This document shows positions 1 to 8,378 of a stretch of DNA of 64,000 nucleotides, piece by piece. Within the stretch, counting starts at the first letter, position 1, and each line of letters opens with the position of its first letter. Origin of the DNA: Pseudomonadota bacterium (GTDB taxonomy: Bacteria; Pseudomonadota; Gammaproteobacteria; Steroidobacterales; SZUA-146); the NCBI GenBank assembly GCA_039028935.1, contig JBCCHD010000011.1, forward strand, positions 24,378 through 88,377, in the 5' to 3' direction. The translations under genes were made by a program, and so were the position numbers. The notes beneath the pieces were generated by a model that was not told where the DNA came from, did no database searches, and worked only from the letters and a program-made list of their open reading frames with translations.

Positions 1-617
1 GCCAGCGGCTTTATGTTGCCGGCGCTCGGCATGGTTTCCTCACACCCCACTACGCCAACCGGCAGGATGGGTGTGTTGTGTTTGAGTGCCAGATGCATAA
101 ACCCTGTGCCAAAACGCTGCAATTGATAGCGGTCCGCATACGGTTTGCCCGAACCTCGAATGCCTTCTGGAAAGACAACGATGCAGGCCTCGTGTTCGAG
201 CATGCGCGAGCAATTGACCGGATCACCGATCACCGCACCCATATGATTGAGCGCATTGCCGACAAACGGCACCGTTGGAAAAAAACGCTCGATCATGGCG
301 CGAGGCGCCCGCGCACCATGCGGATTGGTCGACAGCGCCATGCCGATGAGCAAGCCATCCATCGGTAGCTGCCCGCTGTGGTTGGCAATCACCAATAAAC
401 GACCTTTCGTCGGCACATTTTCAAGCCCATTGGCTTGCACACGAAAATAGTCATCGTATAGACGTTTGCAGACGGCGAAACTGAGCCAGGATCGCTCTTT
501 GTCCATGCCCCATGGGTCGCGCTTGAACTCACCGGGCGCGCGAGGAATGCTCGCCAACTGTTCAGCCATTTCCGGCGGCAAGATTCGGTCTTTAATCGCT
601 TTTCCCAAACTCATCAT
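1..617 (-). CDS. lysophospholipid / 1-acyl-sn-glycerol-3-phosphate acyltransferase family protein (C-terminus lies beyond window edge)
   Basis: Absent from the ORF track because it has no stop inside the window. Hand translation of the reverse strand from ATG at 617 gives MMSLGKAIKDRILPPEMAEQLASIPRAPGEFKRDPWGMDKERSWLSFAVCKRLYDDYFRVQANGLENVPTKGRLLVIANHSGQLPMDG...VVFPEGIRGSGK, open to position 1. It shows the acyltransferase NH..D and FPEG.R blocks. The + strand ORFs listed here are antisense artefacts. Confidence 0.7.
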   Translation of the reverse strand, partial: MMSLGKAIKDRILPPEMAEQLASIPRAPGEFKRDPWGMDKERSWLSFAVCKRLYDDYFRVQANGLENVPTKGRLLVIANHSGQLPMDGLLIGMALSTNPHGARAPRAMIERFFPTVPFVGNALNHMGAVIGDPVNCSRMLEHEACIVVFPEGIRGSGKPYADRYQLQRFGTGFMHLALKHNTPILPVGVVGCEETMPSAGNIKPL

Positions 618-709
618 GGACTCCGTGCACAGGCCTTTAGTTTATACGCGCCCACTCACGACGGCGCAACACGAACGGCCGTGTGGCGCGCTGCGACATG
701 ACAAAAACG

Positions 710-1348
710 TTAGGATACCTCGGACGACCGGCAGGCGTCGTAGGTGAACGACACCACCTCGCGAATCCAGTCGGACACCAGCCGGTTAGCCGCCTCTACT
801 CCGCTGGCCGGATCGCCTGACGCGGCCCGTGTGAGCGTGAATTGCTGGGTGGCCAGCACACGATTGGGATTGACCGAAAAAACCCGCACATTGGCATCGA
901 ATTCCACGCGCGACTGAGTCGCATCACGCGATTCGAAGCGTTGTATTAAACGCACGTCGTTGACTTCGACGCGAAACCGTGTGGGCGCCAGAGCCGGTGC
1001 GGTAATCACGTCGCCAAATCCTCTGTGCGACGCAAAGGCACGATGCAACGGTTGTCGCAACAGTCGCGGCACGGCATCAGCCCAACGTGCATACGCAAAA
1101 TAATCGATTTCAAAGGGTGCCGTGCTGTAGGCCATACGCGACGTTCGAAAGCCGGGCGCGCCAAACGCGTCCCCCACCTCCAGACTCTGACACACCGTAT
1201 CGCTGGCAACGTCGTCACGAATCATAGGGTCGAGTGTGTAAATCTGCTCGCGCGAATCGTCTTTGGCACCAAACGTTGGCAATAACGCACAGCCGGACAC
1301 CGTCATCACCGCCGTCGCGAGCACCAGCCATTCGAATCGTCTCATCAC
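710..1348 (-). CDS. ABC-transport auxiliary lipoprotein (PqiC/DUF330-like), last gene of Mla-like operon
   Basis: 212 aa with a signal peptide and lipobox (LATAVMTVSG|C). Has a 4-nt ATGA overlap with the upstream MCE gene. Size and position fit auxiliary lipoproteins of MCE systems; the family call is from memory. Confidence 0.65.
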   Translation of the reverse strand: MMRRFEWLVLATAVMTVSGCALLPTFGAKDDSREQIYTLDPMIRDDVASDTVCQSLEVGDAFGAPGFRTSRMAYSTAPFEIDYFAYARWADAVPRLLRQPLHRAFASHRGFGDVITAPALAPTRFRVEVNDVRLIQRFESRDATQSRVEFDANVRVFSVNPNRVLATQQFTLTRAASGDPASGVEAANRLVSDWIREVVSFTYDACRSSEVS

Positions 1349-2295
1349 TCCTCTCCAGGTCCGGGTTCAGGGGTAGGACCGCCAAACAGCACGCGACTGG
1401 GATCATCTTGAAGCGATTCACTGACTTCGCGAAGGTTGGCCGCCGTCATTTTCAGCTCCTGAATGAGCTGTGTGGCCTGAGGAAACGCGCTGGCCGTAAA
1501 GGCACGCACGTCGCCACCGCTCGCGGCCACCGTATTTTGCAAATCGGCACTCGTCGCCTGCAGCGTCTCACCGGTTTGCGCCAAACTCAGCGCCATCTGT
1601 TCGAGCGCCGTCGCGGAGCGTACAAACTGGTCAACCAAAATCGGTAAGTCGGTGGTCGCAGCGTCAACTTTATTGATCAAACGCGCGGTATCGTTCATCA
1701 ACGCCGACAGCTCATTGGCGCGCGCATTCAGTGTGGCAGTCAGCTGCTCGGTATTAGCAAGGGTAGCGGCCACACTGGCCTGGTTCTGTTCGTTGAGCAG
1801 CAGACCCAGTCGATCACTCGTGGCGATGATGCTGGCAAACAACTCCGATACGCTGTCATCCAGTCGCATGAGTAGTGACGGCCGACTCGCGATGATCGGG
1901 TAATCGTCCGCATCATCTTGTGGCAAGAGCAGCCCAGCCGCTTGCGACCCTCCAGTCAGATTAATGTTGGCGATGCCGGTGATACCCTGCAGCTCGAGCG
2001 TCGCCACGGTGTCGGTCTTGACCGGTGTGTCCTCAAGCACCAACAGCACAATTCGCACACGCTCCGGATTATCAGGATCGAGTCCGACCTCGCTCACCCG
2101 TCCGACACTCACCCCTTTGTATTTAACGTCAGCATCGACATTTAATCCTGATACCGACTCGGTCATGTACACCAAATAGCCTGCGTAGTCGCGCGGGGGG
2201 CCACCGGTTGTGAGCCACAAAAGACCGGCGATAAGCGCCGCGCCCAACAACAGGACAAAGACACCAACCAGTATGTAGCTAGAACGAGGCGTCAT
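1345..2295 (-). CDS. MlaD/MCE-family substrate-binding protein
   Basis: 316 aa. N-terminal TM helix (ILVGVFVLLLGAALIAGLLWL), MCE core (VSGLNVDADVKYKGVSVGRVSEVGL) and a long helical A/L/T/Q-rich C-terminus. Has 4-nt overlaps with both neighbours. Confidence 0.8.
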   Translation of the reverse strand: MTPRSSYILVGVFVLLLGAALIAGLLWLTTGGPPRDYAGYLVYMTESVSGLNVDADVKYKGVSVGRVSEVGLDPDNPERVRIVLLVLEDTPVKTDTVATLELQGITGIANINLTGGSQAAGLLLPQDDADDYPIIASRPSLLMRLDDSVSELFASIIATSDRLGLLLNEQNQASVAATLANTEQLTATLNARANELSALMNDTARLINKVDAATTDLPILVDQFVRSATALEQMALSLAQTGETLQATSADLQNTVAASGGDVRAFTASAFPQATQLIQELKMTAANLREVSESLQDDPSRVLFGGPTPEPGPGEE

Positions 2296-3047
2296 GATGT
2301 CAGCCCCGCCGGCGCGAAAAACTCGGCGACCTCGGGATACTCGGATTGCGCCAGACGTGACGGCGTATCACAGGCGAGCGCTATTTTCCGTCCGAGAAAG
2401 ACCGCGCGGTCCGCTACGTTCATTAGTGAGTTCATATCGTGCGTAATCATAACAATTGTCAGGCCAAGCAGCTCTTTGAGCTGCAAAATTAGTTCATCGA
2501 GTGCGCGGGCACTCACCGGATCCAGTCCGGAGCCTGGTTCGTCGAGGACCAGAAGCTCCGGATCGAGCGCAATAGCCCGTGCTAATGCCGCCCGTTTTTT
2601 CATGCCACCGCTGAGCTCAGCCGGCATAAGCGGCGCCACGCTGACATCGAGGTTGGACAACTTGAGTTTGATCGCGGCGAGTTCGTCAATGAAGGCGTCG
2701 TCGAGTTTGGTGTGTTCGCGAAGCGGAACACCGACGTTTTCAAGCACCGATTTATCGGAAAACAGCGCACCATATTGAAACATTACGCCAATGCGTTTAC
2801 GCAAGCGCAGTGATTCGATTTCGCCAAGACGGGTCACCTCTTCGCCGAACACTTTGATGGATCCAGCGGTGGGCTGCGACAGCATCACGATATGACGCAT
2901 AACGGTCGACTTACCGCTACCGCTGCCGCCGACAATCGCAAACACTTCGCCTCGTCGAATGTTGAACGTCACGCGGTCGTGCACGACTTTATCGCCAAAA
3001 CGGGTCACAACATCGCTAACTTCGACCAGATTGTCGTTACTGGACAT
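2292..3047 (-). CDS. ABC transporter ATP-binding protein (MlaF-like)
   Basis: 251 aa. Walker A GGSGSGKST, signature LSGGMKKRAALARA, Walker B LLVLDEP, H-loop ITHD. Confidence 0.9.
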   Translation of the reverse strand: MSSNDNLVEVSDVVTRFGDKVVHDRVTFNIRRGEVFAIVGGSGSGKSTVMRHIVMLSQPTAGSIKVFGEEVTRLGEIESLRLRKRIGVMFQYGALFSDKSVLENVGVPLREHTKLDDAFIDELAAIKLKLSNLDVSVAPLMPAELSGGMKKRAALARAIALDPELLVLDEPGSGLDPVSARALDELILQLKELLGLTIVMITHDMNSLMNVADRAVFLGRKIALACDTPSRLAQSEYPEVAEFFAPAGLTS

Positions 3048-3049
3048 GG

Positions 3050-4159
3050 TTATATCCCAAGCTTGCTGAAGACAACCGAGAACAGCGCGTCGGTGACGAG
3101 CACCAGAAAAATGGCTTGCACCACACTGATCGTGGTTTGATGCCCCACTTGCTCGGCACCCGCCTGAACTTCAAAGCCTTGATAACAACCCACCGCGGCG
3201 ATCATCAATGCAAATACCGGCGCTTTTCCTACGCCTACGATGACGTCCGTGGGCGACACGGTCTGTGTCACGCGGTCAACAAAAATGGCAAAGCTGACAT
3301 CAAGCAGACTATTGGCCATCACCATGCCGCCCAGAAGACCCATGATATCGCCAAACACAGTGAGCAGTGGCAGCGCTACGAGCAACGCAAAAAATTTGGG
3401 CAAAGCCAACTCTTCGACCGGTGAAATGCCCATCGTGCGCAATGCATCAATCTCTTCGGTGACTTTCATCGTGGCGATTTGAGCGGTGTACGCCGACCCG
3501 GTTCGCCCCGCCACAATGATCGCTGTGATCAGGGGCGACAGTTCACGCACCATGGCCAGGCCGACAAAATCAGCGGTATAAATGCTAGCCCCGTAAGTCG
3601 ACAGCGCGATACCCCCTTGGTAGGCGATAACAATACCCAGCAAAAATGTGAGTAGACCCACGATCGGCAGCGCGTCAAATCCACCCTCCTCGATGTGTTT
3701 GACCACCGAAGACCAACGCAACTGAGCGGGCGTTAGCGCAATACGCAGTGATGACATGGTGAGCCGCCCGATGAAGGCCAGAAACGCCAGATAGCCGTTG
3801 GCGGTCGAGTAGGTATCGCGTCCAATATGCTCCAGAAAACCGGGGTGCTCTTCGTGCGGGATATCGGATTGATGCACGCCATGCGACGCTACCAGCTCCA
3901 TCAGTCCGGCGTGATTTGCCGACAGACCCACGAGCGATACCGTCTGGTGCTGCTCTAAGACTTGTATTGAGCGGGTGAGGTACCACGCGCCGGCGGTATC
4001 CAACGAGGCAATCCCCGATGCGTCGATGATCAGCGCATCGTCATTGCGAAAAGCGTCAAGTGCACGGGTGAGCGAGGGTAACGACTCGGCTCGCCAATGG
4101 CCCTCGAGCGTCAACGTGTGGCCGTGCTGTTGAATAGTAGGGTCAGTGTCGCGCGCCAT
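3050..4159 (-). CDS. MlaE-family ABC permease with N-terminal STAS-like domain
   Basis: 369 aa. The first ~110 aa look like a STAS / anti-sigma-antagonist fold (TLTLEGHWRAESLPSL...IIDASGIASLDTAGAWYL). The remainder is an MlaE permease core (ELSPLITAIIVAGRTGSAYTAQIATMKVTEEIDALRTMGISP). Confidence 0.8.
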   Translation of the reverse strand: MARDTDPTIQQHGHTLTLEGHWRAESLPSLTRALDAFRNDDALIIDASGIASLDTAGAWYLTRSIQVLEQHQTVSLVGLSANHAGLMELVASHGVHQSDIPHEEHPGFLEHIGRDTYSTANGYLAFLAFIGRLTMSSLRIALTPAQLRWSSVVKHIEEGGFDALPIVGLLTFLLGIVIAYQGGIALSTYGASIYTADFVGLAMVRELSPLITAIIVAGRTGSAYTAQIATMKVTEEIDALRTMGISPVEELALPKFFALLVALPLLTVFGDIMGLLGGMVMANSLLDVSFAIFVDRVTQTVSPTDVIVGVGKAPVFALMIAAVGCYQGFEVQAGAEQVGHQTTISVVQAIFLVLVTDALFSVVFSKLGI

Positions 4160-4275
4160 GACTTCCTGGTATCCGTGATTGCGACACGCCGCTCGACCGC
4201 GATTTAGGTCAGTAGATTGCGCGTCGGTCCGTACAGACTCTCATCGCCCCGATTGTCCACGCACCCCGCACAGCG

Positions 4276-4665
4276 CTAGTCGGTGGGTAACGTATCAAGT
4301 CCCGACATATTGGCGTAATAGTCCGCGAGGTTTTTGAGCTCCTGGTCACTCAGATCTTTCACCAGCGGCATCATAATCGCATTCGCACGCTCGCCTGAGC
4401 GATAGTCCTTCAGCGCATGAAGTAAGTAACTGCGGTATTGACCGGCCAGATTGGGAAAATCAGGCGAAATCGAGATGCCTTCGGCACCATGGCAGGCCGC
4501 ACAAGTTTTGGCCAACTCTTCACCGGAACGCGCGGGCTTGACCGGTTGTGCGTCATCCGTATCGGCGCTGTCGGCACTCCAGGCGGCACCGGCGTAGGCG
4601 AGTAAGAAGACCGCGATCAACGATTTGAGACGAATTGACGGACGGTTCACGTTATATCCCCTCAT
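4276..4665 (-). CDS. monoheme class I cytochrome c (c4-half-like)
   Basis: 129 aa with a signal peptide (LLAYAGAAWSA), heme motif CAACH and a distal Met region (NAIMMP). Has an ATGA overlap with the upstream cytochrome gene. Confidence 0.8.
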   Translation of the reverse strand: MRGYNVNRPSIRLKSLIAVFLLAYAGAAWSADSADTDDAQPVKPARSGEELAKTCAACHGAEGISISPDFPNLAGQYRSYLLHALKDYRSGERANAIMMPLVKDLSDQELKNLADYYANMSGLDTLPTD

Positions 4666-4985
4666 TTCAGTGACTCGATATAGGCAGCGATGTCATCAAT
4701 GTCCTGATCGGACAGCGCGCTGGCCTGGGAATGCATGGTGGGGTGCTTACGTTCACCGGAACGATAGGCACGCAGTGACAGCGCGATGTAACTTCCGTGT
4801 TGGCCTTTGAGTTTCGGCACGCGAAACGTCGGATACGTGTTCTTGTAGCCCTCGATGCCGTGGCAGCCAATACATGTTTCGGCTTTGATTCTGCCGGCCT
4901 GCGCGTCACCCTCGGCCAAAGCGACCGGAGGAGCGCCCATTGTGGCCGCTAGCAATACCGCTAAGATACTGATTCTCAATAACAT
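4662..4985 (-). CDS. monoheme class I cytochrome c (c4-half-like)
   Basis: 107 aa with a signal peptide (ILAVLLAATMGAPPVALA), heme motif CIGCH and HPTMH as a distal Met candidate. Confidence 0.8.
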   Translation of the reverse strand: MLLRISILAVLLAATMGAPPVALAEGDAQAGRIKAETCIGCHGIEGYKNTYPTFRVPKLKGQHGSYIALSLRAYRSGERKHPTMHSQASALSDQDIDDIAAYIESLK

Positions 4986-5153
4986 TCAGAGTGTCCCGTT
5001 CGATGGTCAGGATGGGAGACAGGCGCTCCTCGTGCAGCGCGGTAAGAGAATACCACTGTCGGTGATCAAAGCGTAGTTTCAACGGCGTCATCGGAACACT
5101 AATCGGCGGCGCATCAATGCGCTGAGCGCCGCAGAACGGGCGACTATTGGGGG

Positions 5154-6194
5154 CTAGTCCGAAACTTGATCGCGCCCTTTTTCCTTCGCTCGGTATAGGG
5201 CTCTATCCGCCTTGGCCATCAAACTCTCGAGCGTGTCGTCATCGTCGAGCGACGCCAAGCCGATCGACACGCTCACACCGGGACAGTTGTTGACGGTTGT
5301 GGCCAACTTTTTGCTCGCCTGGTGCAAGCCCGCCCGTACGCGGCTGGCAATGTCACGGGCTTCATCAATGCTGACGCCCGGCAGTAGCACCACAAACTCG
5401 TCACCGCCATACCGCGCGATGAGGTCGTCGCTACGAAAATGATCGATCAGCGACTCGGCGACCGCGCCCAGGGCCAGATCCCCCACCAGATGACCGTACT
5501 GATTGTTGAAGGCACTGAAATGGTCGATGTCAACGACGGCAAACGCAGCCGGTTGGCCGTTGATCTGCGCCCGGGCAAGTTCGCGGGTAAAGAAGTCTTC
5601 CATCCATCGGCGATTGTTGAGCCCGGTCAGCGCGTCGGTAAATGACTTCTTTTGAAAGTGGCGAATGATCACGGCACTGTCGGCGATAATGGCGTTGTCG
5701 GAACGCAATCGCCCGCTCAAAATCACGAGCAAATTCCGCGCGATGGCGTGACTCGCACCAACCATCGCCCAAAGAATGTCGTGCGAGATAACCAGCACGT
5801 GTGATGCCTCGGCGGCAACCACATACGCCGAGGGTGTGCGGCCCTCGATCATGGACATCTCGCCCGCACACTCGCCCGGAGCAAGGCGTGTTAACGGGGC
5901 ACGTTCAAGCGAATCAAGCCGCACTTCAAGTGAACCATTAATCAAGACAAACAGACGGTTATTGGCCGCATCCGGCGTGAGCAGCACTTCTCCGGCCGGC
6001 ACGGATTGAATCTCACACCCGTTGAGGTAATGGGCCACACTATCGGGCGTGACGGCATCAAACAGTGCCGCATCGCTGAAGAAGGTCGAATTAAGCGAAT
6101 GTAACGTCGAGAGTTTCATCGGTGATACCATCCGTTGCGCGGCCGGGGCCGGTGCGCTCGCCGTCGTGTGCGGGTCTGTGGTGTGCATGCTCAT
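5154..6194 (-). CDS. diguanylate cyclase with N-terminal cyclic-nucleotide-binding-like domain
   Basis: GGDEF active site RYGGDEFVVLLPG. The N-terminal half has the cNMP-binding pattern (GEVLLTPDAANNRLFVLINGSLEVRL...PGECAGEMSMIEG). The track start at 6329 would overlap the divergent gene, so I chose the ATG at 6194. ATGs at 6188 and 6131 are also possible. Confidence 0.75.
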   Translation of the reverse strand: MSMHTTDPHTTASAPAPAAQRMVSPMKLSTLHSLNSTFFSDAALFDAVTPDSVAHYLNGCEIQSVPAGEVLLTPDAANNRLFVLINGSLEVRLDSLERAPLTRLAPGECAGEMSMIEGRTPSAYVVAAEASHVLVISHDILWAMVGASHAIARNLLVILSGRLRSDNAIIADSAVIIRHFQKKSFTDALTGLNNRRWMEDFFTRELARAQINGQPAAFAVVDIDHFSAFNNQYGHLVGDLALGAVAESLIDHFRSDDLIARYGGDEFVVLLPGVSIDEARDIASRVRAGLHQASKKLATTVNNCPGVSVSIGLASLDDDDTLESLMAKADRALYRAKEKGRDQVSD

Positions 6195-6242
6195 GTTGCC
6201 GGTCCGTGCTCCAGAGTGAGATTGCTTGCGTATTTGAGAATC

Positions 6243-6932
6243 ATGTCCTTTACCACCTATTCGCGTGACGCCAAGGCGGACCGCGTTGTCCTTAAAACCG
6301 ATCTGTTCGGCGCCGTCTATCGCGTTCATCCGTCGAACAGCGCGAACGGCGACACCGTCATCGTGCGAGACCTCAGCACCGCACGATGGTGGCTGCGCCC
6401 CTTGGCTCGTCGTTTAGCGGCTCGCGAAGCGCGGGCGTTGGCCGCTCTGCCAAACTCCTCGGCGCTCCCGAGTTTGCTCGACTGGGACGGCATTCGCCTC
6501 ACCCGATCGTTTGTCGACGGCCAACCGCTACAGGCCGCCAAACCGCACGACGCAAGGTACTTTAAAAGCGCGCGCGTACTGCTTCGCGCGCTCCACAGAG
6601 CGGGCGTTGTTCATAACGACAGCGCCAAGGAGCCTAACTGGCTGGTGCGGCCCGACGGCACTGCCGGATTGGTTGATTTCCAGCTCGCGGGCGTCTTTGC
6701 TCAACGCACACAATGGTTTCGTCAGCTCGCCATGGAAGACATTCGCCACCTACTCAAACACAAACGCAGCTATGTGCCCCATGCGCTCACCGCCCGTGAG
6801 CAGCGCATCCTCGCCACACCCGCCTGGCATTCCAGGCTTTGGCGCCAGACGGGCAAGCGACTGTATTTGTTTATCACTCGACGCCTGCTGAAATGGCGCG
6901 ATCGGGAGGGTGCAAATGATCGACAACTCTAA
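6243..6932 (+). CDS. protein-kinase-like fold protein (Kdo/WaaP/RIO-like)
   Basis: Catalytic-loop-like VVHNDSAKEPNWLV and DFG-like LVDFQLA. The ATG at 6243 (MSFTTYSR) is preferred over the track start at 6135, whose extension is Arg/Cys-rich and overlaps the divergent gene. Confidence 0.5.
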   Translation: MSFTTYSRDAKADRVVLKTDLFGAVYRVHPSNSANGDTVIVRDLSTARWWLRPLARRLAAREARALAALPNSSALPSLLDWDGIRLTRSFVDGQPLQAAKPHDARYFKSARVLLRALHRAGVVHNDSAKEPNWLVRPDGTAGLVDFQLAGVFAQRTQWFRQLAMEDIRHLLKHKRSYVPHALTAREQRILATPAWHSRLWRQTGKRLYLFITRRLLKWRDREGANDRQL

Positions 6933-6947
6933 CGCCCTCACACGCCC

Positions 6948-7412
6948 TTACTGATCGTCTCCCTTGCGCTCGTGGTCACCGATATCCTGATCGGTTAAGG
7001 CATCCCCCTTCTCGTCGGTGTCGTCCGGTTGTGTGGTCTTACTCGAGCCTGACTGCAACTGCGAAACGATCGCTTTGAGATGACGCTCAATTTCCGAGCG
7101 TGGCATGGATCCATCCAGACCTCGAAGCCCAGCATTCTCATCGTATTGGGATTCATCAAACACGGTGAGTCGATAACAGCGTGTGGAGGGCCAGCGCGCT
7201 TTGAGCGATCGCAATATCTCAACACCGTCTTGTTTGAGCAGCGCCGACGCCATCAGCACGATGTCCGGCGACTCGCCATCGAAGTCCGTGAGCTCATCGA
7301 TATTTGTGAGTACGCCCGTCAGCTCGAGTGCCGGTAGGGTGTGCGCAAAATGTGTTAGTGGCAGAAGAAAATGATCGTTCTCATCTACCACGAGTAATCG
7401 TATGGTCGTCAT
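6948..7412 (-). CDS. receiver-like (pseudo-receiver) protein with acidic C-terminal tail
   Basis: REC-like pattern: IRLLVVDEND ... PDIVLMASALLKQDGVEILRSLK. The phospho-acceptor position is Ala (codon 7248-7250) instead of Asp. The C-terminal ~35 aa are rich in D/E/K/T/Q. The ATG at 7412 is preferred to the TTG at 7442. Confidence 0.55.
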   Translation of the reverse strand: MTTIRLLVVDENDHFLLPLTHFAHTLPALELTGVLTNIDELTDFDGESPDIVLMASALLKQDGVEILRSLKARWPSTRCYRLTVFDESQYDENAGLRGLDGSMPRSEIERHLKAIVSQLQSGSSKTTQPDDTDEKGDALTDQDIGDHERKGDDQ

Positions 7413-7576
7413 GCACTTTTTTATTGTTCGCTCGCGTCGCAACCCGTGCTTAGCGATTCGCCTTGAACCCGACGTCGCTCCTTGCGACGCCTCTCCACAA
7501 CAGAAACATCACATGAGAATGCTTCTTAATTGCAGTGTAAAAGCGCAAACGTTAAATGACAGCGTTTGATTTGTTT

Positions 7577-7590
7577 GGGAATAGATTCCC
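7577..7590. promoter_or_regulatory. perfect 14-bp palindrome GGGAATAGATTCCC in AT-rich intergenic region
   Basis: Read directly: 6-2-6 inverted repeat in the 267-bp spacer between the NarL-type regulator gene and the pseudo-receiver gene. Candidate dimeric HTH operator; the function is an inference. Confidence 0.3.
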
Positions 7591-7709
7591 CTTCTTAAGG
7601 TATCAATTTGTTTATTTTACAGTCAGTTAAAACTCCTTTGGAGAACTGGGAAAAAGTCCCCAGAGCCAAATGCGCAAACCGGTATTGATTCGGTGGGCGT
7701 GAGGGCCCG

Positions 7710-8360
7710 TTAACTGTGCGCCGACAGCAATCCCACGCGTATCGAATACTTCACTAAACCGGCGACATCGCGTATGCCGAGCCGATCCATCAGTTGAGCC
7801 CGATGCGTTTCGACCGTTTTGACACTCACCGCAAGCATATCGGCGATTTCACGCGTCTTATTGCCCTCAACAACCAGTTGCAATATTTCGCGTTGGCGAG
7901 GCGTGAGTCGATCGAGCGAGCTGGTGCCGCCACCTGGCGACTCGAGATGTCGCAAGACGCGCATCGCGTCGATATTGTTGCCCAGATAGCGATCGCCACG
8001 TGCGACGGTATTGATCGCCAGCTCGAGCTCGGAGGCCGCCGCATCTTTGACCAGATATCCACAGGCACCATGTCTCAACGCCTGCACAATGTGTTCTTCA
8101 TTTGCAAACATCGACAGCATGAGCACCTTCACATCCGGATGCGATTTACTGAGCCGGGACGTCGCCTCAAGACCGTTCAGACCTGGCATCGTAATGTCCA
8201 TCACCACCACATCAACCGGTGTTTGTCGCACAAACTGTAGCGCCTGACGACCGTTGCTCGCTTCGCCCACCACCTCAATATGCGGTGTATCCGCTAGTAG
8301 TGACTTCAATCCGGATCGAACCATGGCATGATCTTCTGCAAGTAAAACTGTTACTGACAT
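7710..8360 (-). CDS. NarL/LuxR-family two-component response regulator
   Basis: REC domain (VLLAEDHAMVRSGL...VDVVVMDITMPGLNGLEA...KVLMLSM) plus a LuxR HTH (LTPRQREILQLVVEGNKTREIADMLAVSVKTVETHR). The ATG at 8360 has a GAGG 9-12 nt upstream. The track start at 8378 is TTG. Confidence 0.9.
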   Translation of the reverse strand: MSVTVLLAEDHAMVRSGLKSLLADTPHIEVVGEASNGRQALQFVRQTPVDVVVMDITMPGLNGLEATSRLSKSHPDVKVLMLSMFANEEHIVQALRHGACGYLVKDAAASELELAINTVARGDRYLGNNIDAMRVLRHLESPGGGTSSLDRLTPRQREILQLVVEGNKTREIADMLAVSVKTVETHRAQLMDRLGIRDVAGLVKYSIRVGLLSAHS

Positions 8361-8378
8361 TTCCTTGACCTCTTCCAA

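Noticed and set aside
78-747. Three + strand ORFs (78-368, 247-450, 466-747) at the window start
   Set aside because: They are antisense to, or offset from, the truncated minus-strand acyltransferase gene, which has clear family motifs and is open to the window edge.
6135-6329. Longest-ORF starts that would make the DGC gene (to 6329) and the kinase-like gene (from 6135) overlap head-to-head
   Set aside because: The extensions are low-complexity (RGRGRCARRRVRV... and ...GKGHDSQIRKQSHSGARTGN). Internal ATGs at 6194 and 6243 give a normal divergent layout. The start sites remain uncertain.
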